Below, one piece after another: positions 29,852 through 41,840 of a stretch of 64,000 bases of DNA. The number at the start of each line of letters is the position of its first letter. The stretch's first letter is position 1. The stretch lies in assembly GCA_963827655.1 (NCBI GenBank), contig CAWHCF010000047.1, forward strand, positions 46,111 through 110,110, written 5' to 3'. The stretch is from an uncultured Acidobacteriota bacterium (GTDB lineage: Bacteria > Acidobacteriota > UBA6911). The position numbers and the translations under genes are program-made. The notes below the pieces were generated by a model. That model had not been told where the DNA came from. It did not search any database and saw only the letters and a program-made list of their open reading frames with translations.

Positions 29852-30820
29852 TCAAAGAGTTTCCTGAGTATACAGGAAACAGGCAACCTTCGCATTCTCC
29901 GCGCACGCGCTGAGTGACGGGTATTCCTCACGGCAGCGGGGCATCACGCACGGGCAACGCGGATGAAAACGGCACCCGGGCGGAGGATCCGCAGCCGAGG
30001 GAATCTCCCCGGCCAGGACCGGTCTGGTCGCCTGCAACGGGTGGGTGAGAGCCGGCATACTCTGAACCAAAGCTTGACTGTAAGGGTGCCTGGGAGCCGT
30101 GAAAAACGAATCGGCCGGGGCGTCCTCTACGATTCGCCCGAGGTACATCACCGCAACTCGGGAGGAAAGGTAGTGGATCACGGGTAGCGAATGAGAGATC
30201 AAGAGAATCGTGAGATCGTAGCGTTTCTGAAGCTCGGACAGCAGATTCAGGATCTGGGCCTGAACAGAGGCGTCCAGAGCCGAGACCGGCTCGTCGGCCA
30301 CAAGAAGACGCGGTTTGAGTGCCAGGGCGCGAGCGATGACGATTCGCTGTTGCTGCCCGCCGCTCAGCGAACGGGGCAGACGTCCAGCAAGCGAGCCGTC
30401 CAGGGCCACGGCATCCATCAGCTCGCCGATCCACTTCTTTCTCTCGCGGCGCGTTCCCAACCCCTGCAGTTCGTATGGTTCCGAAAGAATGGCTTCAACC
30501 GTCATTCGAGGATCCAGGGAGGCAAGCGGATGCTGGAATATCATTTGAAACTCGCGTCGTTTCTGCCGGAGCGATCTCGACGACAAGGAGCGCAGGTCAA
30601 TGCCGTCGAAGACTATCGATCCCGAGGTGGGTTCGATCAGCTTGCAGGCGCACCGCGCCAGCGTAGACTTCCCACAGCCCGATTCTCCGACCAACCCGAG
30701 GACTTCGCCGGGATATAGCTGGAGATTGACGCAGTCCACGGCCCTTATGACGCCGGACCTTGCGAACGCACCTGCCGGAAACTCTCTGGACAAGTCTCGA
30801 ATTTCAAGAAGAGGTCGCAT
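29852..30820 (-). CDS. Oligopeptide/dipeptide ABC ATP-binding protein (OppF/DppF-like)
   Basis: GESGCGKST, LSGGQQQR, HPY, GCRFHPRC. Confidence 0.93.
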   Translation of the reverse strand: MRPLLEIRDLSREFPAGAFARSGVIRAVDCVNLQLYPGEVLGLVGESGCGKSTLARCACKLIEPTSGSIVFDGIDLRSLSSRSLRQKRREFQMIFQHPLASLDPRMTVEAILSEPYELQGLGTRRERKKWIGELMDAVALDGSLAGRLPRSLSGGQQQRIVIARALALKPRLLVADEPVSALDASVQAQILNLLSELQKRYDLTILLISHSLPVIHYLSSRVAVMYLGRIVEDAPADSFFTAPRHPYSQALVQSMPALTHPLQATRPVLAGEIPSAADPPPGCRFHPRCPCVMPRCREEYPSLSACAENAKVACFLYTQETL

Positions 30821-30880
30821 TCCGCGTACTGTACACACTCCCCTCATTAACCACGAAGCAGCCCAGAAACACCTGTTCCG

Positions 30881-31855
30881 CTATTCGGCTTTGATGCAGG
30901 CCGCCCAATGAGTTTCCGAGAGCGCCCGCGGGGGAGGGAAAGAGCGCGTGCATCGCTCCTCGGCGAGAGGGCACCGCGGCTCGAAAGCGCACCCCGGGAA
31001 CTCTTGTGCCGAGACTGGCGGAGTCCCGAAGATTTGAGGCAGAGGACCGCGATCGGCTCGGTGTTGAAGCGTCGGAAGACACTCCAGAAGCGCCCGCGTG
31101 TAGGGATGAGCCGGGTTGTCGAAGGTGTCTGCGGCCGTGCCGGTTTCGATCAGGCGTCCGTGATACATGACGGCCACGCGATCGGCCAGACCCGCGACCA
31201 TGGGAAGATCGTGACTGATCAAGAGCAGGGCCAGATGGTACCGGTGGGTCATTTCCCTCAGTAACGCCAGGATCTGAGCCTGAATGCTTGGGTCCAGCCC
31301 GCTGGTCGGTTCATCGGCAATCAGGAGGGCCGGCCGGTTGCAAATCCCAAGGGCGATTCCGAGTCGCCGGCACATCCCGCCCGAAAGTTGAAATGGGTAG
31401 CGTCCCATGTTCAATTCAGGGTCGGGAAATCCAACTTCAGCGAGAAGCTCGAGCGACTTTCGCCAGGCTTGTCGTTTTGCCAGATCCTGGTGGGCCCGGA
31501 GCGATTCCACCAGGTGCTCTCCGACGGTGAGCACCGGATTCAGCGCGCTCCGCGGGTCCTGGAAAACTATGCCAATCTTCCGGCCTCGGATGCTCTTCCA
31601 TTGCCGAGCTCCAAGCGAGCGAAGATTGAGTCCCTCGAACAAGATATCGCCGGATTCTATCCGCCGGCCACGATCCATGAGACCGAGCAGAGAGAGCGCG
31701 AGCGTCGACTTGCCGCAGCCGGTTTCACCGACCAGGGCGAGGATCTCACCCGCTGTTATCTGAAACGATATCTCGCGAACCGCGTAGACCGGCTCCTGAG
31801 CTGTCTGGTAGGAGACCTCCAGGCGTCGAACATCAAGCAGCGGCGAGACTCGCAC
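30881..31855 (-). CDS. Oligopeptide/dipeptide ABC ATP-binding protein (OppD/DppD-like)
   Basis: GETGCGKST, YPFQLSGGM, HPYT, GCAFEPRC; GTG start inferred. Confidence 0.92.
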   Translation of the reverse strand: MRVSPLLDVRRLEVSYQTAQEPVYAVREISFQITAGEILALVGETGCGKSTLALSLLGLMDRGRRIESGDILFEGLNLRSLGARQWKSIRGRKIGIVFQDPRSALNPVLTVGEHLVESLRAHQDLAKRQAWRKSLELLAEVGFPDPELNMGRYPFQLSGGMCRRLGIALGICNRPALLIADEPTSGLDPSIQAQILALLREMTHRYHLALLLISHDLPMVAGLADRVAVMYHGRLIETGTAADTFDNPAHPYTRALLECLPTLQHRADRGPLPQIFGTPPVSAQEFPGCAFEPRCPLAEERCTRSFPPPRALSETHWAACIKAE

Positions 31856-31958
31856 GGCCTTTTGATTAGCGTTTCTTGGAGTCTTCGTGTCTTGGAGGTT
31901 CGTTTTTGTGCCCAACCACACAGACTCGAAGCGGTTGCGGCCGCAGGCCGCGCTGTGC

Positions 31959-33432
<1,474 letters not shown>

Positions 33433-33462
33433 TCTCCCTTCGTTTGCATCCTGGAGGAGCGG

Positions 33463-33804
33463 ATGAAGTTCTCGTCGCGGAAGGTAGGCGGGGTTATCAT
33501 AATCGACATCGAAGGCAAGATCCTCATGGGAGAAGGTGATATCGAAATCAAGAAGTCAGTGGACGAGCTCCTTGCCCGCGGCGAGCGCAATATTGTGTTG
33601 AACCTCGCGAAAGTTCCTTACATTGATAGCGCAGGCCTCGGCGAAATCATTCGCTGCTTTACGTCGATTCGCAAGAGCGGCGGAAGTTTAAAACTGCTAT
33701 CGCCCAACCAGCGACTTATCGATCTCCTCAGCATCACCAAACTGGTGAACGTCTTTGATTGGTACAACGATGAAGCCTCGGTTGTGAACAGCTTTTCCTC
33801 TTAA
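33463..33804 (+). CDS. STAS-domain anti-sigma factor antagonist
   Basis: LNLAKVPYIDSAGLGE motif; GGAGG RBS. Confidence 0.93.
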   Translation: MKFSSRKVGGVIIIDIEGKILMGEGDIEIKKSVDELLARGERNIVLNLAKVPYIDSAGLGEIIRCFTSIRKSGGSLKLLSPNQRLIDLLSITKLVNVFDWYNDEASVVNSFSS

Positions 33805-33924
33805 CGCCGCTTTGCGAGTTGCTGCTTGGCGCTTTCGCCCTGAACGGCGAACAGCGGAAGGACGCCACCAGAAGGGCGAGAGTTTTGTGTGACGGGGGTA
33901 ATACAGCCCGGGCGGGTTTCGTAA

Positions 33925-35007
33925 ATGCACTGGTTCCAAGCCATCTTTTTTCTTCTTTCTCTGTCGCCTCCTTCAGTTCAGTCTTCCGAAGGAAGGTTTG
34001 TGTCCGAACACTTGCGGCTCAGAATCCCGGCGGACCGTGAATGGCTGGGAAGAGAGACGATCAACGATTTGGAGCGATGCTGGCGCTTCATCGACGGCAT
34101 TACCGGAGAACTGCCGCGCAGAATCATAGTCGAAGTCGCGTGGGACCGGCTCGAGAGTTCCGCGAACGTTTCCGAAGGAAGCATCACGATCGGGATGGGG
34201 CATCCTGCCGCTCGCGCTCAGCTGAAAGCTTATCTTCTGCATAGCGCCGCGCGCGAAATGGCGCGGCTTGCGCTCGCGGAGCAGTCCCGCGGCGGCGCTT
34301 TGCGTGAAGATGTGCAGTTCCTGACAGAAGGAATGGTCGAGATCATCGCTCGCGAGTATCTCGGGCTGGGGAAATCGCTAGTCAGCGCATGGGTTCTTGC
34401 CCATTTCCTGGACCGGACCAAGCCGCTGGGTCTGGCCACGCAATCTTCCGCCGCCTCAGCCTCGCGCGGCCGCCCCGATCTGCGCGCGGCGGCGCCTGGC
34501 ATTACTTTTCTCCTGAGCTGCCGCGAGCTACACGGGCGCGAAAGAGTCGTAAAACTCTTTGAGGCTCTCAAGAAGGGAAACCTGGAGGAAGCGCTCACGT
34601 CAACTTTTAGAACCCCGGCCAGCGTACTGGAAGAGGCCTGGCTCAAGAAGCTGCGCAGTTATCCGGCGGTTGACGATCTCATTGTAACTTCCGCAGAGGA
34701 CAGTCCGGTACTGCGTCAGACAACCTTCGTCCCTCCCTCGGGACGAAGGGGTAGCAACCTGGAGATGAGACTCCTGATTCAGGATAAAACCAATGATCTC
34801 TCTCCCGGCTCGGTCTTTGTGGTGGACGAGGGTTCCAGCCGAGTGATTCAGGGTCGCGGGAGCGGGCAAAAAGAGGGAGAGTTCACGATCTTCCAGATTG
34901 CTGTTGACGAGAAGCGCCAACCTGGCAAGTATGGTTTCAGAGCATCTGCCGTAGATGACGCGGGTAACATCCGCCACTGGGATGGCGCGTACACGATTGA
35001 CGATTGA
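33925..35007 (+). CDS. Secreted protein with degenerate peptidase-MA-like domain and Ig-like C-terminus
   Basis: Signal peptide; AREMAR...FLTEGMVE; LEEAWLKKL. Confidence 0.7.
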   Translation: MHWFQAIFFLLSLSPPSVQSSEGRFVSEHLRLRIPADREWLGRETINDLERCWRFIDGITGELPRRIIVEVAWDRLESSANVSEGSITIGMGHPAARAQLKAYLLHSAAREMARLALAEQSRGGALREDVQFLTEGMVEIIAREYLGLGKSLVSAWVLAHFLDRTKPLGLATQSSAASASRGRPDLRAAAPGITFLLSCRELHGRERVVKLFEALKKGNLEEALTSTFRTPASVLEEAWLKKLRSYPAVDDLIVTSAEDSPVLRQTTFVPPSGRRGSNLEMRLLIQDKTNDLSPGSVFVVDEGSSRVIQGRGSGQKEGEFTIFQIAVDEKRQPGKYGFRASAVDDAGNIRHWDGAYTIDD

Positions 35008-35122
35008 CGATTTACGATTGACGATTTCAAAGAGGGGATGAAGTAGTCCGATTGGCTAATGCCAATGGACGATTTACAAGAGTGAAAGTCTGTATTTGAC
35101 AATCGTCAATCGTCAATCGTCA
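34993..35122. repeat. Heptamer GACGATT inverted arrays between convergent genes
   Basis: acgattgacgattgacgatttacgattgacgatt ... aatcgtcaatcgtcaatcgtca; provides the TGA for both genes. Confidence 0.93.
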
Positions 35123-36088
35123 ACGCTTCTTATTCTCCGTGACCCGGTCGATAGACTCTTTCAGTCCCGGTGAAGCCTTGAGGTCGTAGGCTTTCTTGTA
35201 GGCGTTGAGCGCAAGGTCCCACTTCTTCTGTTTCTCATAGACCAGGCCTATGCGCTGGAAGACCTCGGCGCTTTTGGGCATGAGCTCCAGCGCCTTGACT
35301 GAGAGCTTTTTCCGCTTCCGCTGTGTTGTTCTTGAAAAGGTAGGCCTCACCAAGGTTGTAGTAGATGAACCCGTCCTTGGGATTGTTTTCCCTGGCCTTG
35401 CCGAACAGGTCGATGGCCTGGTCATACTGCTTGGCCGACAGCGCCGCCACACCTTTCTTGAAATAAGATTTCGCTATGAATTCCGTGGTCGCGGTATGTC
35501 CCGGTTTTAGCGCCAGGGCTTTCTGCAGTGCCTGGATCGCGTCATCGTGGCGATTGAGGTGGTAGTTGGCGATCCCTAGCTGCGAGAAATCGGTCCAGTC
35601 GTTCCCCTTGATTCGGATCGCATTCGTAAGTTCGCTCGGCGGCCTCGCTGTATTTCTCCATCCGATGGTAGGCAGATCCTCGCAGGTGATGCAGCTTGTA
35701 CTTGTCATCGTCGGACTTTGCGAATTGTTCCCCTTGATTAAGGGTCTGGATGCAATTGTCGAAGCGCTGCATGTTGAAGTGGGCCTGTCCCAGCCCCTGG
35801 TAGGTCGAAAATGAAGTCGATTTGAGTTGTACCGCGCGCGTGAGCGATGAAACCGCCAGCGCATTGTTCTTCAGACTCAGATAACTCAGCCCCACCAGCC
35901 GATGACCGAACTCCCAATCGGGATTCTGATCCAGGTCGGGCTTGAGCTCTTGGATCGCCTTATCGAAATTCCCCTGGTTATACAACGCGACCGCCTGCTT
36001 GTAGTCTGCAAGCCCGACTCCGGTGGCGAAAGCCCAAGAGCCGCCGCGCCGACAGACCCAGTCTGCGCAGATGAAAAAACCTCTTCAT
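35120..36088 (-). CDS. Tetratricopeptide repeat protein, frameshifted (~36075, ~35635, ~35290)
   Basis: Consecutive TPR segments across ORFs 35542-35985, 35235-35864 and 35120-35452; GGAGG RBS before ATG 36088. Confidence 0.8.
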
Positions 36089-36314
36089 TTGCCGATTCCT
36101 CCAGCAAGGCCGCCCCGGTCGCAACCCCGCGGTCATGAGTAGTGACGGCTTTTGCCAACTTCATGAATTAAATAGAGTCCGCCTCCACGCCGAAGGTTTC
36201 AGGAAACACTTCAATCGGGGAGGGACGAAAACTGTTCCCGATGCCAGTTGTTAACTGTATCGACAAGCAGGCAGGCGAGTCAATATGGGGTGTCCGCGGG
36301 GTTACGGTGACCCC

Positions 36315-37691
36315 CTATGAGCGAGTCTTGATCTTCAGGCGCTTCAGCTTTTCGCTGAGGGTGGTGGCGTTTACGGAGAGCAGTTGCGAGGCCTTCTTCT
36401 GGTTCCAGTCGGTTTTTTCGAGCGCGGCCAGAATCAGCGACCGCTCGAAATTCCCTACCCGCTCCTTGAGGGGAAGGCCGTCTTCGGGAAAATCAACGGC
36501 CGAGTTGCTACTGCTGGTTGTGATGCTCTTGGGAAAGAGGTCGGCGGTGATAACGTCCCCGGGAGCCAGAACAACCGCGCGCTCAATCGCATTCTCCAGC
36601 TCCCGGACATTGCCCGGCCAGTCATAGTCCATCAGGACTCTCATGGCTGCCGGTTCCATGACGCAATGTTCCTTCTGGTTCTCTTCGCAATATTTCTTTG
36701 TGAAGTGCTCGACGAGCAGCGGGATATCCTCGGCACGCTCGCGCAGGCGCGGCAGTTTCACGACGATGACATTCAGACGGTAGAAGAGGTCGTCCCGGAA
36801 AGTTCCACGATCCACTGCCGATTGCAGATCTGTGTTGGTCGCGGCGATGATCCGAACATCGACCTTGATGTTTTCTAGACCGCCCAGCCGGCGAAACTCC
36901 CGTTCCTGTATGACCCGAAGGAGTTTTGTCTGCATTTCCATTGAAATGGTAGCGACCTCATCCAGGAATAGGGTTCCGCCATCGGCCACTTCGAACAGTC
37001 CCTTCTTGGCGCTGGTAGCTCCCGTGTAGGCACCTCGAACATGGCCGAACATTTCGCTCTCAAGCAGTTCGGACGGTATGTTGCCGCAGTTTATCGCAAC
37101 GAACGGCGCCTCGGCCCTCCCGCTGGCAGCATGGATCGCCTTGGCCACGAGCTCTTTCCCGGTTCCACTTTCACCCTGCACCAGGATCGTACTGCGCCGG
37201 GGAGCGACCTGAGTGATAAGATCGAAAACCTGCTGCATCGGGGCGCCTTTGCCGATGATATTCTTGAAGTTATAGCGCTCCTGCAGCGATATCTTGAGCC
37301 GTATGTTCTCCTCGAGCAGTCTGTGATGCTCCGCCGCGTTCTTCACGGCGAGGACAATCTCATCGTTCTTGAAGGGCTTGGTTATGAAATCAAAAGCCCC
37401 GAGTTTGGTCGCCCTGACGGCCTTTTCGATCGACGCAAAGGCCGTGAGCACAAGGGTCACCGGGTTGTTTTCCATCTTCTTGAACTCTTCCAACACCCGG
37501 AAGCCATCGATGTCGGGCATCATCAAGTCCAGCAGCACAACGCTGTAGTCCTTCTCACGCACTTTCTCGAGCGCCTGGTTTCCCGTATGCGCGAAGTCGA
37601 CCGAGTAGCTTTCGCCGGTCAGCAGAGTTGAAAGCACATCCCGTACGACCTCTTCATCGTCGACTATCAGTATCCGTCCGTTCTTACTCAT
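36315..37691 (-). CDS. sigma54-dependent response regulator (NtrC family)
   Basis: REC domain, GESGTGKE, GAYTGA, FLDEV, WPGNVRELEN, Fis-type HTH. Confidence 0.96.
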   Translation of the reverse strand: MSKNGRILIVDDEEVVRDVLSTLLTGESYSVDFAHTGNQALEKVREKDYSVVLLDLMMPDIDGFRVLEEFKKMENNPVTLVLTAFASIEKAVRATKLGAFDFITKPFKNDEIVLAVKNAAEHHRLLEENIRLKISLQERYNFKNIIGKGAPMQQVFDLITQVAPRRSTILVQGESGTGKELVAKAIHAASGRAEAPFVAINCGNIPSELLESEMFGHVRGAYTGATSAKKGLFEVADGGTLFLDEVATISMEMQTKLLRVIQEREFRRLGGLENIKVDVRIIAATNTDLQSAVDRGTFRDDLFYRLNVIVVKLPRLRERAEDIPLLVEHFTKKYCEENQKEHCVMEPAAMRVLMDYDWPGNVRELENAIERAVVLAPGDVITADLFPKSITTSSSNSAVDFPEDGLPLKERVGNFERSLILAALEKTDWNQKKASQLLSVNATTLSEKLKRLKIKTRS

Positions 37692-40534
37692 GACGCCGCT
37701 TGTGAGGCCTCCACGATGGGCAATTTGATTTTGAAATGAGTCCCCTTACCTGGAGCGCTATCCACGAAGATTCTCCCTCCGTGTTCCTGAAGGATTCCGT
37801 AAGTCACGGCCAAGCCCAAGCCGGTTCCCTTCCCGGTCGTCTTGGTGGTAAAGAATGGATCGTAGATCCGCTTGATGTTTTCCTGAGAGATCCCGACTCC
37901 GGTGTCCCAGATGTCAATCATCACCATTGAATCATTCATGCCCGTCTTGACGTTTAAGGCGCCGCCTGCGGGCATCGCATCCTGTGCGTTCAGGAACAGG
38001 TTGACGAAAACCTGCTGCAGCTTACCGCCATTCCCGTAAACGCGTGGCAGCGCTCGATCGTATTCGGGTTCTACCGTGATGTGATTCTGGCGAAGCTGGT
38101 GCTCCAGCAGCGACAAACTCTCATGTATGAGCGTATTGATGTCGAGCTCCTTGAATTCACTTCCATTCATGCGCGCGAAATTCAGTAGTCCGTTCACGAT
38201 CTCGGCCGCCCGGAAGGTCTGCTTCTCGATTTTCTCCAGTATGCGCTTGCGCCGGTCGGACTCGGGTGTTTCCTTGAGCAGCATCTGCGTATAGCTTGAG
38301 ATTCCGGTGATCGGAGTGTTCACTTCGTGAGCAATGCCGGCCGCAAGAAGCCCGATGGAAGAGAGTTTCTCTACCTGCAACAGCTGGTCTTCCAGCTGCA
38401 CCTTCCGAGTGATGTCGTCCATGACAATGAGGCAGCCGGTAGTCTGATCGGTACTATCCATAATGGGAACAATACTGAGATTGACGATGAGCTTTTCGTC
38501 ACGACGATTCTCCAGGTACAGTTTGAAAATATTGCTGGAGGTTTTCAGTTCCCACCCCTGCGTTCCCGTAACCTTCGCGATGGACGCAATGACGTCCGGC
38601 GCAAGAAGATCTTCCACGCTGCGGCGATCTAACTGGTCGCGCCGTACCTGATATAGCTCCTCGAAGGCCCGATTGCAGGAAGTGATCCTTCCGCTCAGAT
38701 CCAGGACCAGCACGGCAACGTTGATGCTTTCGATAATGTTCTCGGTGTAGATCTTGAGATGCTCGAGTTCGAGAGCTTTTACCTCGACCGAACGGTAGAG
38801 CCGGGCATTCTCCAGCGCGATGGCCGCATACCTGGCCAGCGCGGCCAGGAGATCCAGGTCCTCCGTCGAGAAATGCCCCTCGCGTGGAAGTTGCCCGAGG
38901 CCGATCAAGCCTATGCGGCGCCCGTGCAGGTTCAGATCCTGCATGTACTGCAGGCCAAAACACGCCATGCTCGCGTGGGCGCGATGCAAGTGGTCAGTTT
39001 CGCCGCTGTAATCCACGCTGAATGGCTGCCCTCGATCCAACAACTCCTCTTCGCGGAATGAAATGGGATCGTTGTCGCCTGATACGTCCAATCCAAATTC
39101 GTCGGTAAGGCGAAAACATCCCGGCTGATATGGATCCGCCAGGAAGAGGGCCGCCCTGCGGATCTGAAATGTCTTCGACACGCGCTCGAGAATGCTGCGT
39201 GCCAACCGTCCCAGACTGATCTCGGTGTTGAGCGTCCGGGCGAATTCCAACAGGCTCGCCCGATCATCAAATTGTTCCTTGTAGAAAAATCGATCGAGAC
39301 GGGCCTGAATTGCATGGCGAACCGGCGCGAACAGCAGGGCGATGGCCAACGCCGCAACGCAGATCGCGATGAAATTAGCTTCCGGAGCCACCCACTCGAG
39401 GGTTCTGCTCAAAACCAGGACAAACAATATATAGAGAGCAAGCAGGAGAGAGCTTGCTATGAAATAGGCGGCGCCGCGGCGAACGATAATTTCCACGTCA
39501 AGCAGACGATACCGGATGACGGCATAGGCAAAAGAAAGCGGAATGAAGCAAAGAAAAAGCATCGACGCTTCCATGGCGAAGGTCGGACGAACCCCGAGCA
39601 GCCAGGGAATCGCGTAAATCAGGCTGAAAAGCGCCATGCCGGCCAGAGTGCCGTAGCTGACCCATTTCATTTGCTGGCGCGTAGTCCAGTCGCGCGCTCC
39701 GGCTTGCCGCCTCCAGAGCAAGATGGCGCCGATGAGAAAGGACGCGCAAAAGTACACAAGCTGGACTCGCTCAAGGATTTCGCCGAACGGGCATCACGAG
39801 GCAGACCCACATCGACGAGCCGGCCCAACATCCAAAGCACCTGCACCACGCCCATGGCGATGGCCGGCGCATACAGCAGGGGCGCCCGGCTAGTTCCCTG
39901 ACTTAACTCAACCGGGAATCTCATACAAAAATGGATGAACAGTGCGGGGAGCGCGAGAAAAGCGGCGACCGAAACGAAGTAGACCGTCCAGTCCAGAGCA
40001 TCCAGCCTGGTCGTGAAGTGATAGAGATAGACGATGAAGGCGCAAAGGCAGATCAGGTAGAAGTGGAAGGCTCGCGGTACCCGGCCACGCCGTAAGATCA
40101 CAAAAAGGCCGATTGCCAGGTGCACGAATGCGAGCACAACCCGCAGGCCATCGGTGGGGGTAATGAAGGCCTTGGAACGAATCTGGAGCACGGCGTCGCG
40201 TTGGGAACCCGAAATCGGATCTTTGACACGGTAGACTGCTGCGCGTGTTCGCCCCCATTCGGTCCAGGATCTCATAGAACTCGCCAAGGTTGGCTATTTC
40301 ATGGCCCTCCACCGCAACCAGGAAGTCCCCGGCTCGTATCCCCGCCACCTCTCCGGGTCCCTCTCGGGAAATCTCCGTTGCTCGAAGCGACCCCCCATCC
40401 TCTTGCCAGAAAACGCCATCCCACGGCTCAACCCAGGAAGCCCGCGCGCGCAAGTTGAGGGCGCCGACAATCACCACAAGGGTGCTTATCAGGATAGTCG
40501 CCAACACTTTGAAGGGTACTGGAAACCTGTTCAT
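37688..40534 (-). CDS. Membrane sensor histidine kinase (PDZ + multi-TM + GAF + PAS + HisKA/HATPase), frameshifted ~40245 and ~39770
   Basis: GPGEVAGIRAGD (PDZ), TM helices, AIALENARLY, AHEVNTP, PFFTTK, GTGLGL across three adjoining ORFs. Confidence 0.9.
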
Positions 40535-40575
40535 CCGACGTTCTACCCGCAGAGAGGAAAATACCGAACAGCCAA

Positions 40576-40591
40576 CGCAATTAGCATGCCA
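40576..40591 (-). promoter_or_regulatory. sigma54 -24/-12 promoter
   Basis: TGGCATG-CTAA-TTGCG, near consensus, about 42 nt upstream of the kinase ATG. Confidence 0.75.
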
Positions 40592-41035
40592 CGAGCGCTG
40601 TTCCTAATCAGGACTTTTGAATCTCTTTAATCCTTGAATCTTAACGCATTCTGATTCTTGCGCGCGAGCAGACGACGAAATTTTAATCCGAGTTCAACGA
40701 CTTGCACAGTGCCATCCAACATTTTGAACTCAGCGAGCGTCCGGATCAACCCGAAACTGGCCGCGGAATCGCGACCCACGAAGTGCCGTCCTGACGGAAC
40801 TGTCGCTATTGCGGTCGAGAGAGGACGCGCCGCTGCAGCTTCTACGAATCGGTACATAGACGACGGTAGCGCAGTCGACGTTCCTCCAATTTCGTTCAGG
40901 GCAAGCGGCAAGACATGCGTTCGAGGCGCACCCTGCGATTTCTCAGGGTGATAATCGTCATCTGATGACCAACTCTCATCTCGTAGAAAACCATCGCTAG
41001 GTACTGTTCGAGGCGTGGTACTGGACGCGGGGCGC

Positions 41036-41088
41036 CGGCAGCAAGCTGCCGCGGCACAAGGCGCAAGCAAGCTTGCACACTCCCAAAA
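41036..41088. repeat. REP-like palindrome pair
   Basis: cggcagcaagctgccg and gcaagcaagcttgc-acactcc. Confidence 0.55.
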
Positions 41089-41332
41089 GGCACGCCCCTA
41101 CTTCGACGGGCCAGAAGGCCTCGTGGCGCGACCCGCGCATTTACCTGGGGCCTGTAGAACTGCGCCGCTTGGTCAGGCGCTACATGGGTCAGGAACGTCC
41201 GGTCACAAGCTGCGAACAGCGGCACCGACGACCGAGGCCCCTGTGGCCCCGGCCGTCATCCGGTCAGAAGGGTAAGCCGCATTGCGCAAGGGGCGGACTG
41301 AAGCGCCCGCGCAGATGCTATTTTCACGCCAG

Positions 41333-41632
41333 TTAGCGGCGGTAGATCTCGTAAATCGCCCCATGCGTGAGAGAAACCACAAAGAGATTGCCGTTCGGTC
41401 CGGTCAGGACACCCGTGCCCACGCCAAAGTCGCGGCCAATAAGCAGGGTCTCGCTCTCGGTAATCTCGTGCTTGGCAATATTGTCGGCCACCCGGTCGTC
41501 CAACCGTGGATCGTCCACCGCGATTGTCCGTCGATTCCCGGTCAGCCTGAAGCGGAACAGGTAGCCGCCGGCCAAGAGAGGCGTCGCCGCCCCGACGAAC
41601 AAGTTACCTTCGAACTGGCGGCCTAATGCCCG
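41333..41632 (-). pseudogene. C-terminal remnant of a PQQ-dependent sugar (glucose/sorbosone) dehydrogenase
   Basis: ALGRQFEGNLFVG...GRDFGVGTGVLTGPNGNLFVVSLTHGAIYEI; upstream sequence is a MITE half rather than the N-terminus. Confidence 0.75.
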
Positions 41633-41644
41633 GCTGCACGCTTG

Positions 41645-41775
41645 CGAAGCGCAAGCGACGAGCAACAAAGCAGGCTGCAGCCCGAAGGCGCGCGATCCCG
41701 AGAACGCCAGAGTGCGCGGCTTAAAACTGCCCGGCGAATCTCGGGCCACAATGTGAAGTATTTCTGCGCGAGCCC
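41645..41775 (+). mobile_element. MITE family A, partial copy (right part)
   Basis: gcgcaagcgacgagcaacaaagc ... aatgtgaagtatttctgcgcgagccc matches 46906-47136. Confidence 0.8.
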
Positions 41776-41840
41776 TGAGTGGCAGAGGTGCACCATTGCG
41801 GGCAGGGTGTGCCGGACGCGGGTAGCGTTGAACGAGGAGA

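Noticed and set aside
40627-41330. ORFs in the long intergenic region upstream of the sensor kinase
   Set aside because: No recognisable motifs or RBS; starts fall within REP-like palindromes
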